Source: Acidiferrobacteraceae bacterium (GTDB lineage Bacteria; Pseudomonadota; Gammaproteobacteria; Acidiferrobacterales; Sulfurifustaceae). From it: a stretch of 64,000 nt of DNA. A program made the translations under genes and the position numbers. This document shows positions 42,787 through 51,658 of the stretch, piece after piece. Location of the stretch: assembly GCA_021323795.1 (NCBI GenBank), contig JAJPKH010000306.1, forward strand, positions 11,221 through 75,220, in the 5' to 3' direction. Numbering within the stretch: position 1 is the stretch's first letter; each line of letters starts with the position of its first letter. The notes below the pieces were generated by a model. That model saw nothing but the letters and a program-made list of their open reading frames with translations. It ran no database searches and was not told where the DNA came from.

Positions 42787-45240
42787 CTACACCTTGGGAC
42801 TAGGTCCAAGGTCAAGCGGTGGCCGCCCGACACTCGTCACCGCCCCAAAGAAGAGCCCGGCCCGTCCCCAAAGCGAGTTGATAAAGATGGCCGTTACACT
42901 CAGCGCCATGGCGGCCATGGCCCAAACGGGATAGACGAGGCCGGTTGCGGCGAGGGGGATGCCGATCCCATTGAACGAGAATGCCAGCACCACGTTTTGC
43001 AGCATCTTGCGGTAGCTGCGCCGGCTGATGTCGCGGGCGGCGAGTAGCGCATCGAGGCGCGTGTTCAAAATAATGACGTCGGCCGACTCGATCGCGATCG
43101 AGGTGCCGCTGCCCATGGCAACGCCGACGTCCGCTTGCATCAAGGCCGGGGCGTCATTTACTCCATCGCCCACCATCACGACCTTGGTCGTTTTTTGGAG
43201 TTCCCGGATGATCTCCGCCTTGCGATCAGGCAGCACGCCGGCGTAGACCTCATCGATGCCCGCCATGGCGGCAAAGCGACGGGCCGCCCGCTCGTTATCG
43301 CCGGTCAGTAGCACCGTCCGGATCTCGGCGCGCTGAAGGGCCGCGACGGTCTCCGCCGCATCGGCGCGCAAGCGATCGCCGAGCGCGATGAGACCGAGAG
43401 CGGTGCGCGCCTTGGCGACGGCGATGACCGTACGTCCCTGGCTCTCGAGCTCATCGACCTGCGCGAGAAGCGACGAAATATTCACGCCGCGATCGACCAG
43501 AAAACTCGGTCGCCCCACGAGCACTTCAATGCCGTCGATACGGGCAACGACACCGAGGCCCGGCACCGCTTCAAAGTCCTCGACATCGGGCGGTGTGAGG
43601 CGACGCTGGAAGGCGGCGTTCAGTACGGCTTGCGCGAGCGGATGCTCCGAGCTCGCTTCCGCCGCCGCCGCAATCGCAAGCAGCTCGTCGTCGTTTGAGC
43701 CGACTGAAAAAATTTCTTGTACCAAGGGCTGCCCTTCGGTGAGCGTGCCGGTTTTATCGAACACGACGCAATTCACGAGACGAAGTCCTTGGAACGCCTC
43801 GCCGGTACGCATCAAGATGCCGCGCTCGGCCGCTTCGCCGGCGCCGCGCACGATCGAGAGCGGCGCGGAAATACCGACGGCGCAGGGATAGCCCATAACG
43901 AGGACACTCAATCCGGCGAAAACGGCACGCTCGAGATTCATCTCACCCATTACGAGGAACGAACCGAGCAGCCACCCAACCACAGCAACCGCGGCGATGA
44001 TCAAGACGGTCGGGGTGTATACCTGCAGCACCCGGTCTACTAAGTGGAGCAATCCGGGCTTTAGCGCGCGGGCGTCTTCGACGTGACGGATTACTTGCTG
44101 CAAGAAGGTCTCGGCACCCACGGCCGTGACTTCGACCAGCAGCGTGCCAGTCCCGTTGATGGAACCGCCGATAATGGCATCACCCGTTTTCTTTTCGATC
44201 GGCAGCGGCTCGCCGGTCATGAGCGACTCGTTGACTGCCGAGCGACCATCGATGACTTCGCCATCGACCGGAATGCGCTCACCCGGGCGGATGCGTACGC
44301 GATCACCGAGCCGGACTTGATCGAGCGCGAGCTCGACTTCCCGGTTGTTACGCACGACGCGCGCGAGATCCGGCTGCAGGTCGAGCAGCTTCTTTACCGC
44401 TTGCGAGCTTCGCGTCTTTACGATGAGTGAGAGCCACTCGGAGAAAATATGATACGTCGCGACCATCACGGCGACGGCAAAAAATGGCGCGGTGGGATAG
44501 CCAGTCGGTTTAAGGATTAAACCAATGAGACCGCCCGCGATGCCGGCAAAAGCGCCGACCTCCAGCAACACGTGCTGATTGAGAATGCCACGGCGCAGCG
44601 CTTGGAGCGCCATAAAGAGGATGTGCTGCCCGACGCCGGCAGCGACAGCGAGGGCCAGCACGCCGGTTAACCAGGGCGTGGCATCAGCGAGCCAACTCAA
44701 AGAGCGCGCGTAATAGAGGACAGCACCGAGCGCGACAAGTCCTGCGGTGGCGCTCAACGCGGTCACGAGCCCGCGCGGCTTTAGCACCGCGAGGAGAAAG
44801 ACCACTAGGCTCAAGAAAACAACGCTGGCTAGGAGCGTCGACCAGAACCCGACGGGGTTTGCGACCAGCGCGATCGCCGCGAGACTCGCCGCCACGGCGG
44901 CAACGAACCGATAGCTTTCGCGGACGAGCGCCGCCTCTTCTTCATCGAAGGGACGAAGTTTTCGGGGATCGGAAATGGTGTAGCCAATGTCCTTGAGCGT
45001 CTGCAGCAGTATCTCGGCACGCGTTCGGTTTGGGTCGTATTCAATTAACGCTTGTTCGTGCGTGAGACTGACCGCAACGTTTTCAACGCCGGGATGTTTG
45101 CGCAGCGCCTTCTCGATCGTGCCGGTACAGAGCGAACAGTGAAGTCCGCCGATCCGGGCGCGGATGCGTCGGCGATCCGGTCGGTTCGACGGCTCCTCGC
45201 TCCAAACGGTCGGGCATGGTAGGACGCTAGCGTGACTCAT
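42787..45240 (-). CDS. P1B-type heavy-metal ATPase with a non-canonical YPC transmembrane motif
   Basis: One HMA domain (GGLHCSLCTGTIEKAL), TGEPLP, MGYPCAVGISAPL where CPC is expected, [16 protein letters not shown], and GDGVNDAPAL. Confidence 0.92.
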   Translation of the reverse strand: MSHASVLPCPTVWSEEPSNRPDRRRIRARIGGLHCSLCTGTIEKALRKHPGVENVAVSLTHEQALIEYDPNRTRAEILLQTLKDIGYTISDPRKLRPFDEEEAALVRESYRFVAAVAASLAAIALVANPVGFWSTLLASVVFLSLVVFLLAVLKPRGLVTALSATAGLVALGAVLYYARSLSWLADATPWLTGVLALAVAAGVGQHILFMALQALRRGILNQHVLLEVGAFAGIAGGLIGLILKPTGYPTAPFFAVAVMVATYHIFSEWLSLIVKTRSSQAVKKLLDLQPDLARVVRNNREVELALDQVRLGDRVRIRPGERIPVDGEVIDGRSAVNESLMTGEPLPIEKKTGDAIIGGSINGTGTLLVEVTAVGAETFLQQVIRHVEDARALKPGLLHLVDRVLQVYTPTVLIIAAVAVVGWLLGSFLVMGEMNLERAVFAGLSVLVMGYPCAVGISAPLSIVRGAGEAAERGILMRTGEAFQGLRLVNCVVFDKTGTLTEGQPLVQEIFSVGSNDDELLAIAAAAEASSEHPLAQAVLNAAFQRRLTPPDVEDFEAVPGLGVVARIDGIEVLVGRPSFLVDRGVNISSLLAQVDELESQGRTVIAVAKARTALGLIALGDRLRADAAETVAALQRAEIRTVLLTGDNERAARRFAAMAGIDEVYAGVLPDRKAEIIRELQKTTKVVMVGDGVNDAPALMQADVGVAMGSGTSIAIESADVIILNTRLDALLAARDISRRSYRKMLQNVVLAFSFNGIGIPLAATGLVYPVWAMAAMALSVTAIFINSLWGRAGLFFGAVTSVGRPPLDLGPSPKV

Positions 45241-45272
45241 AATGTGCCTCCATATAAATGGTGGGCGTCGCG

Positions 45273-45500
45273 TTACGCGTTTGTCGCAGCAAGCGGCGTC
45301 ACTTGGTATCCCGCCTTTTCGATAACCGCAACTAACGTCTCTTGCGAGGTTGCATGCGGATCGAATTGAATCCGCGCTAGGCGCTCAGTGAAAGTCACGT
45401 CCACCGCTTTGACGCCGTCTTGACGGGCGAGCAATGACTGGATCACCGCGGCGCAGCCGCCGCAGTGCATGCCCTCGATTCGTAACCGTGCGCTTTTCAT
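45273..45500 (-). CDS. CopZ-like HMA metallochaperone
   Basis: MKSARLRIEGMHCGGCAAVIQSLL. AAGGAG lies 7 nt upstream of the ATG at 45500. Confidence 0.85.
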   Translation of the reverse strand: MKSARLRIEGMHCGGCAAVIQSLLARQDGVKAVDVTFTERLARIQFDPHATSQETLVAVIEKAGYQVTPLAATNA

Positions 45501-45527
45501 ACCTCGCTCCTTTACCGTCATGGCAAA

Positions 45528-45558
45528 GCCTAAGCCCTGGACCATACTCCCGGGTCAA
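45528..45558 (-). promoter_or_regulatory. Candidate MerR-type promoter for the long operon: -35 TTGACC, 19-20 bp spacer with an imperfect dyad, -10 TTAGGC/TAGGCT
   Basis: The minus strand reads TTGACCCGGGAGTATGGTCCAGGGCTTAGGCT. CCCGGGA and TCCAGGG form a 6/7 inverted repeat. Confidence 0.3.
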
Positions 45559-45673
45559 GCGCGTAGATCGGTGCGGTAGACGTACGCAGTTCGCGACGTT
45601 GTGCACCGAGACGGACTACCGGATGAGTAAGGCTAAACCACCGTGCGACGGGTTTGGCGAGACAGAGACTAGT

Positions 45674-45892
45674 TCAAGCGCTGTTGTTGAACTGCGGGCA
45701 AGGAACGGAGCCATAGGAACAGAAGACACAACAATCGCCAGGCTTCGGACGGAGCAACTGCCCGCACGCTTCGCACTCATAATAGAACTGACAAGCATCG
45801 AGCGACATCGTCTCGGTCTTGGCGTTGCCGCAAGATGGACAGGTAAGCGTCGATTCATCGCGTCCACTTGCCGGGAGCCATGGAGCGAGCAC
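45674..45892 (-). CDS. GDCCVxC-domain small Cys-rich protein
   Basis: LTCPSCGNAKTETMSLDACQFYYECEACGQLLRPKPGDCCVFCSYGSVPCP. The start is uncertain (GTG at 45892 chosen; the ORF extends to 46009). Confidence 0.78.
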   Translation of the reverse strand: MLAPWLPASGRDESTLTCPSCGNAKTETMSLDACQFYYECEACGQLLRPKPGDCCVFCSYGSVPCPQFNNSA

Positions 45893-46122
45893 GAATACAC
45901 CGTGCTGGGCACGATGTTGCTGACGGCCATCGTTCTCGTTCTTGTCGGGATGAAACTGTTTGTGGTTGCGCCGCATCACTAATAACCTCGTGCAGAACTG
46001 AAGGCGCAACGCTGCGCTGGAATTACATTTTCGTAATCTGCCACCATAAGGCTATTCGCCCGGAACTAAGCCGACCCGCTCTGCTCCTAAAAGGGACCCA
46101 TCCTTCAAAAAGGAGCAAGGAC

Positions 46123-46506
46123 ATGCCCCAGCACGATATGCAGGAATGCATCGACAACTGTCTCGCGTGTTATCGCAGCTGCCAAGAAACGGCGATGAAC
46201 CATTGCCTGGAAAAAGGCGGAAAGTTTGTGGAACCGGAGCACTTTCGGCTGATGTTGAGCTGCGCGGAGATCTGTCGGACGTCGGCGGACTTCATGTTGA
46301 GCGGATCCCCATTGCACGCGCAAACCTGTGCGGTTTGTGCCGGAGTGTGCGAAGCCTGCGCGGAAAGCTGCGAGCGGCTCGGCGAAATGGACGAGTGCGC
46401 GCGCATCTGCCGCGTCTGCGCCGACAGCTGCCGTGAGATGGCAGGTGCCATTCACCTAATGAGTGGCCAGCAGACGACCGGGACGGTTGCGCGACCAACG
46501 ATGTAA
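46123..46506 (+). CDS. Cys-rich four-helix-bundle copper-binding protein (DUF326/Csp-like), with no signal peptide
   Basis: MPQHDMQECIDNCLACYRSCQETAMNHC...CAEICRTSADFM...CAVCAGVCEACAESCERL...CARICRVCADSCREM. AAAGGAG RBS. Confidence 0.85.
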   Translation: MPQHDMQECIDNCLACYRSCQETAMNHCLEKGGKFVEPEHFRLMLSCAEICRTSADFMLSGSPLHAQTCAVCAGVCEACAESCERLGEMDECARICRVCADSCREMAGAIHLMSGQQTTGTVARPTM

Positions 46507-46898
46507 TTCCTGGAAGCGCCGCACGAGCGGCAACAGTTTGTGCACCATGTGAGAGCCATGGTGGGAAACTCTTGGTCGATCGGCTCCGCAGCGAACGACG
46601 CCGCGGCGGAAAAAGCTCCCGGGAGAGCGTTAGCGCGGACGGTGTCACTCCACCGTCTTGTCTCAATTCGTCAGCGCTTCGCGCCGCGGAGCGCCAGCGA
46701 CAACAGCCACAGCAGTACCGGTCGGCCACACCTTTGACGCAGACCAACCCTTGCAGCGGTACGCGAGGCGGTCCATAAATCGCCGCGCGCGCCAGAAACG
46801 GTTCGCCACGCTTGATCCCCGTCGAGGCGCGCTCTGCACAAATCTACTAAGATGGCATTGATTCGCGGTCACGCGAATACCCCGCAAAGGAGGTCGTC

Positions 46899-47414
46899 AT
46901 GTTTCGCCTACATAACGAGAGTACCGTGGCGCTCAACGCCCCCGTTGACGTCGCGTTTTCGTATTTGGATGACTTCAAAAAGCTTTCGGCGCACATGGAA
47001 CAATCCTCCGGGATGATGATGGGCTCGAAGATGACCATCGACATGGATGCCGCCGGCGGCCGCTCCGTCGGCTCCAAGGTCCGCCTGCATGGAAAGATGA
47101 TGGGCCTGACGCTCTCGTTGGAAGAGGTCGTCACGGAACGCCAACCGCCCGTTCGCAAGTCCTGGAACACGACGAGTACCGACCTGCTGGTGATCGGCGA
47201 CTACCGTCTCGGTTTCGAGCTGACGCCGAACGGAAACGCTTCGACGCTGCACGTATACATCGACTATGACTATCCGCCGAAACCCCCCGCCCGCTGGCTC
47301 GGCTACTTGTTCGGGAAGATGTACGCGCGCTGGTGCACGGAGCGAATGGCGAAGGACGCGGCGGCGCACTTCAACTCCTCCAGCGCCGCGAGCCACGTAG
47401 TGGGTAGCCGCTGA
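46899..47414 (+). CDS. SRPBCC (START/polyketide cyclase-like) superfamily protein
   Basis: 171 aa, STVALNAPVDVAFSYLDDFKKLSAHM...YRLGFELTPNGNASTLHVYIDY. AAAGGAGG RBS. Confidence 0.65.
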   Translation: MFRLHNESTVALNAPVDVAFSYLDDFKKLSAHMEQSSGMMMGSKMTIDMDAAGGRSVGSKVRLHGKMMGLTLSLEEVVTERQPPVRKSWNTTSTDLLVIGDYRLGFELTPNGNASTLHVYIDYDYPPKPPARWLGYLFGKMYARWCTERMAKDAAAHFNSSSAASHVVGSR

Positions 47415-47426
47415 TCACATCGGTAT

Positions 47427-47445
47427 GCGGCTGCGTAGCAGCCGC
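47427..47445. terminator. Perfect 8-bp GC-rich hairpin between convergent genes
   Basis: gcggctgc-gta-gcagccgc. There is no clear U-tract on either side. Confidence 0.35.
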
Positions 47446-47495
47446 AACCACGAAGAGCCACACGACAAACCATTGAGCAAGCGGGATTACAAACG

Positions 47496-48734
47496 CTAGC
47501 CTGATTTGCGCGCCGGCGAGCGTGATCGAGCCGCGTCGCGCGCTTCCGGCAGTATGGGCGCGACACGGCTTGTGCCGAGCGCGAGGACAGCGCCGCCAAG
47601 CAGCAGCACGGCGGTCACCCAGAACGACGTTTCGTTAACTGCAGCGAACAACCAGCCGGCCGCCGCTGAGCCGAGCGCCTGCCCGAGATTTGATGCCGCG
47701 GTCTGGGTCCCGAGCCTCGCCCCTTGCGCGGTACCTGCGGCGAGAGAAACCTGGTATGTGAGCAACGGAATGAGCAGACCCGAGCTCGCGGCGATCAGCG
47801 CGACACGCCACCACAGCGCCTCGAGACTCGTTGCCGTGGCGAGCCAGCCGAGGCCGAGCGCCATCGCCAGGAAGGCGGCGACCAAGGTGGCCCGGTTGTC
47901 GAGGTGATGCGCTAGCGGGGCAAACAGCAACACTTCGACCATGGCCATCACCAGGCTGCACTCGAAAAACATCAGGCCGAGCTGACCTGGGGTGAGTCCG
48001 AGGCGTTGCTGGCCGTGCAAGGTGATACCGACTTCGAATCCGCCGAGACCGAACATCACCAACAACGACAGCATGAGCAATAATCCAGTCGAGCGCACCG
48101 GCGTAACATCCGACGGGGCGGCGCGTGGCCGTAACGGTTCGGACAGCCATCGCCAAACGGCGAGCCCGATCAGCGCCCCTATGCCGGCGGCCACGAGGAA
48201 CGGGAGAGCCGTCGCGGGCACACGCATCGTGGATAAGCCGGCGAGCCAGCCGCCCAGAGCGGGACCCGCGAGAAACCCCAAGACCGATGCCGCGCTCATC
48301 CACGCGAAGCGACGCGCGCGCGACGTTGCCACCGATGTATCGCCGACATAGGCGAACGTCACCGGCAGCACGGCACCCGCGAATGCGCCTGCAGCCATGC
48401 GTGCGGTATAGCCCAGCCACAGACTCGGCGCAAAACCGAAGACGACAAGCGCGAGGCTGAATCCGGCGAGGCCGATGAGAATCACGCAGCGGCGCCCGAA
48501 TCGGTCCGCGAAGCGGCCCCAGAGCGGCGCGCCTACGAATACCGCGAAGGTGTAGGCGGCCGTGAGCATGCCGGTGTGCCACGCCACATCGGCGTTCGCG
48601 CCTACGACGCGTGCGAGAAAGAACGGCAACACCGGCAGCACTACGCCGTAGCCTAACGAGACGCCGAATACCGCGGCGAGGAGCACTGCAAAGTCACCTC
48701 GCGCAAGGGCAACAGCCGGGGTACCGGCGGTCAC
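47496..48734 (-). CDS. MFS transporter
   Basis: 12-TM pattern with GRFADRFGRR (MFS motif A-like). GTG start chosen at 48734, which overlaps the stop of the upstream fragment (GTGA). Confidence 0.83.
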   Translation of the reverse strand: MTAGTPAVALARGDFAVLLAAVFGVSLGYGVVLPVLPFFLARVVGANADVAWHTGMLTAAYTFAVFVGAPLWGRFADRFGRRCVILIGLAGFSLALVVFGFAPSLWLGYTARMAAGAFAGAVLPVTFAYVGDTSVATSRARRFAWMSAASVLGFLAGPALGGWLAGLSTMRVPATALPFLVAAGIGALIGLAVWRWLSEPLRPRAAPSDVTPVRSTGLLLMLSLLVMFGLGGFEVGITLHGQQRLGLTPGQLGLMFFECSLVMAMVEVLLFAPLAHHLDNRATLVAAFLAMALGLGWLATATSLEALWWRVALIAASSGLLIPLLTYQVSLAAGTAQGARLGTQTAASNLGQALGSAAAGWLFAAVNETSFWVTAVLLLGGAVLALGTSRVAPILPEARDAARSRSPARKSG

Positions 48735-49222
48735 GCGTCCACTCCGAACAGCGCGAGCAGTGCGGCCTCGCGCGTAGTCAGCTGTTCTTGCGTTTCCGCC
48801 TCGACGACGAGCTTTGCCACGGGCTCGGTGTTCGACGGGCGCAGGTTGAACCACCAATCCGGATACTCGACGGTAATCCCGTCCACGGTACTGATGCTGG
48901 CGTCGGCGTAGCGCCAGCGTGCGAGCTCTACAAGCGCGGCCGGCTCGCGCGTTTCGATGCGTTGCTCGCCGCCGCCGGCGTAACGCGCGAGCGGCTGCAA
49001 GTGCTCGGCGAGGCGCTTGCCGCTGCGCCCAAGAAAGCCGATCAGCTTGAGGGCCGCGTAGAGCGGATCGTCGATGCCAAAGTGTTCGCGGTACATGATG
49101 TGACCAGACAATTCGCCGGCGAGGAGCGCGGCGTCATCGCGATGCAGCGCCTCCTTGTGGAACGGGTTGCCGACACGCAGCTTCACTGCCGTGCCGCCGC
49201 GCCGTTCGATTTCCTCCGCCAC
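48731..49222 (-). pseudogene. C-terminal remnant (about 160 aa) of a phosphomannomutase/phosphoglucomutase
   Basis: LAGELSGHIMYREHFGIDDPLYAALKL (end of domain III) and WWFNLRPSNTEPVAKLVVEA (domain IV). Domains I and II, with the catalytic Ser and the Mg site, are absent. Full-length enzymes are about 450 aa. Confidence 0.72.
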
Positions 49223-49252
49223 GGCGACCGGACATACTCTTCCCCTGCTCCG

Positions 49253-51643
49253 TCAGGCGCCCGCGGCGGCCGGCGCCGCCGTCATGCGGTGAATACCCGC
49301 GAGGCGCGTGCGCTTGAGCAGCAATGCGTTGACGGCAACGAGCGCCGAGCTGCCCGACATCGCCAACGCCGCGACTTCCGGACTGATGGTGAACGGATAG
49401 AAAACGCCGGCGGCCATGGGAAACGCCACGACGTTGTAGGCCACGGCCCAAAAAAGATTTTGATGCATCTTGCGCAGCGTCGCACGCGACAGTTCGACCG
49501 CGCCGACAACGTCGAAGGGATCGCTCTTCATCAGAACGACGTCGGCACTTTCCATGGCGACGTCCGTGCCGGCGCCGATCGCGAAGCCGACGTCCGCCTG
49601 CGTCAGCGCGGGCGCGTCGTTGATGCCGTCGCCGACCATGCCGACTTTCTTGCCGCTCGCTTGCAGCTCCTTCACCTTCGCCGCCTTCTGGCCGGGCAGC
49701 ACGTCGGCCAGCACGATGTCGATGCCGATCTCGCCGGCAATGCGCTCGGCGGTGGCGCGGTTGTCGCCGGTCAGCATCGCCACCTGCACGCCGCGCGCTT
49801 TGAGCGCCTTGACCGCGGCGATTGCGGACGGGCGCAGCGCGTCGGCGATGGCGATCAGGCCAATGAGGCGACCGTCGCGCGCGAGGTGCACGACGGTACG
49901 GCCGCCGCCTTGCAGGCGCTGCGCCTCGGCGCCGAGTTCGCCGAGGGCGATTTTCTGCTCGTCCATCAGGCGGCGGTTCCCAAGATATACCGTCGTCCCG
50001 CCGACCTTCGCCCGTGCGCCACGGCCTTCGAGATTCTCGAAACCGCCTGGTTTCTCAAGACGCAGGTCCTTCGCGCGCCGCGCGATCGCTTGTGCAAGGG
50101 GATGATCCGAGCCTTGATCGACCGCGGCGGCGAGCGCGAGGACATTGTCCTGTGTTGCACCGGCCGCCGCACGGACTTCCACGACCTCCGGCTGCCCGAG
50201 TGTCAGCGTGCCGGTCTTGTCGAAGATGATCACATCGAGCTTGGTCGCGTCCTCCAGGGCGGACGCGTTCTTGAAAAGAATGCCATTCATGGCGCCAAGA
50301 CCGGTGCCGACCATCACCGCCATCGGCGTCGCGAGACCGAGCGCGTCCGGGCACGCGATGACGAATACCGTGATCGTCAGCGTGAGCGCAAAGAGCAGCG
50401 GCTGACCGATCCACCAGAACCAGACCGCGAACGTGAGCAGACCGATCACCACCGCAATCAGCACCAGCCACTGCGACGCGCGATCGGCGAGGAGTTGCGC
50501 CGGGGCTTTGGAGTTCTGCGCCTCCTGGACCAATTTCACGATCTGTGCCAACGCCGTGTCGGCGCCCACCTTGGTCGCGCGGTAGCGGAACGTGCCGCTC
50601 TTATTAATGGTGGCGCCGATCACCGTATCGCCGGGGTGCTTGTTCACGGGCATCGATTCGCCCGTCAGCATCGATTCATCGACCGCCGACTCGCCCTCCA
50701 GCACCTCTCCGTCCACCGGAATCTTGTTGCCCGGACGGATAACAACCGTATCGCCCGCCAAGACATCCGCCGTCGGAACTTCCACTTCCTTGCCGCCGCG
50801 CAGCACGGTCGCCATCGGCGGCGCGAGATCGAGTAGCGCGCGGATCGCCGCCGAGGCGCCGGCGCGGGCGCGCATCTCCAGCCAGTGGCCGAGCAGAATG
50901 AACACGAGCAGCACCGCCACCGCTTCGTAAAACTGCGCGCCTTCAAAAACGAACGTCGCGCCGATACTGAAGATATAACCGGTGCCGACGGACAGAACGA
51001 CCAAAACGGCCATATTCAGTACGCCGTTCTTAAGCGCGCGGTAGGCGGCGACCACGAACGGCCACGCGGGATAGACCACCGCCACCGTCGCCAGCAGAAA
51101 CAGCCAGACGTCGAGCGGCAAACCAAACGGCGGCCCGGGGGGCGTAAACATTCCACCCATGGGTGAATAAATAAAAATGGGAACGGTAAAGACAAGCGCG
51201 ACCCAAAAGCGGTTGCGCATGTCGCGCACCATTTCTTGCGTGTCCATCCCCGCGCCGTGGCCCATTTCGTGGGCCATCGCATCGTGGGCAACGGGTGGCG
51301 CCGCCTGCGCGGGCGCTTCGTGTTTCGCGTGGAGACCCTCTTTGCGGGACGGGATGCCGCGCGCATGAACCACCGCGGCCACGCCTTCTCCGGGCGGATC
51401 TTCGGGCTTGCACATGTGCGCCGGCAGCCGCGCACCGGTGCAGTGATGGCCGCACTCCCGTACGCGCGCCTTGATGGCTTCGAGATCGATAACGCGGTCG
51501 TCATACTCGACGGTGGCGCTCGCCGTCGCATAGTCAACGTCGGCGCGGCGCACGCCGGGCAAACGGCGCAACTGCTTCTCCACGCCCAAGTCACTCAGCG
51601 GCGTGATCAGTCCGCCAACGTCTATCGTCACCGTACGCATCAT
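49253..51643 (-). CDS. CopB-like P1B-type ATPase with a His/Met-rich N-terminus, a degenerate HMA domain and a CPD transmembrane motif
   Basis: N-terminal ferredoxin-like domain lacks CxxC ([11 protein letters not shown]). Also [51 protein letters not shown] and [10 protein letters not shown]. Confidence 0.92.
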   Translation of the reverse strand: MMRTVTIDVGGLITPLSDLGVEKQLRRLPGVRRADVDYATASATVEYDDRVIDLEAIKARVRECGHHCTGARLPAHMCKPEDPPGEGVAAVVHARGIPSRKEGLHAKHEAPAQAAPPVAHDAMAHEMGHGAGMDTQEMVRDMRNRFWVALVFTVPIFIYSPMGGMFTPPGPPFGLPLDVWLFLLATVAVVYPAWPFVVAAYRALKNGVLNMAVLVVLSVGTGYIFSIGATFVFEGAQFYEAVAVLLVFILLGHWLEMRARAGASAAIRALLDLAPPMATVLRGGKEVEVPTADVLAGDTVVIRPGNKIPVDGEVLEGESAVDESMLTGESMPVNKHPGDTVIGATINKSGTFRYRATKVGADTALAQIVKLVQEAQNSKAPAQLLADRASQWLVLIAVVIGLLTFAVWFWWIGQPLLFALTLTITVFVIACPDALGLATPMAVMVGTGLGAMNGILFKNASALEDATKLDVIIFDKTGTLTLGQPEVVEVRAAAGATQDNVLALAAAVDQGSDHPLAQAIARRAKDLRLEKPGGFENLEGRGARAKVGGTTVYLGNRRLMDEQKIALGELGAEAQRLQGGGRTVVHLARDGRLIGLIAIADALRPSAIAAVKALKARGVQVAMLTGDNRATAERIAGEIGIDIVLADVLPGQKAAKVKELQASGKKVGMVGDGINDAPALTQADVGFAIGAGTDVAMESADVVLMKSDPFDVVGAVELSRATLRKMHQNLFWAVAYNVVAFPMAAGVFYPFTISPEVAALAMSGSSALVAVNALLLKRTRLAGIHRMTAAPAAAGA

Positions 51644-51658
51644 CTCTCCGTCGGGTTT

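Noticed and set aside
46507-46898. 390-bp non-coding stretch examined for a riboswitch, an sRNA or a gene remnant
   Set aside because: I saw no conserved riboswitch-like motifs, no convincing ORF in any frame and no strong secondary structure. It stays unannotated.
48611-50836. 741-aa plus-strand ORF
   Set aside because: It lies entirely antisense to the well-supported CopB-like ATPase. Its translation is Arg/His/Asp/Gly-rich low-complexity sequence with no recognisable motif. This is the typical shadow ORF of GC-rich DNA.
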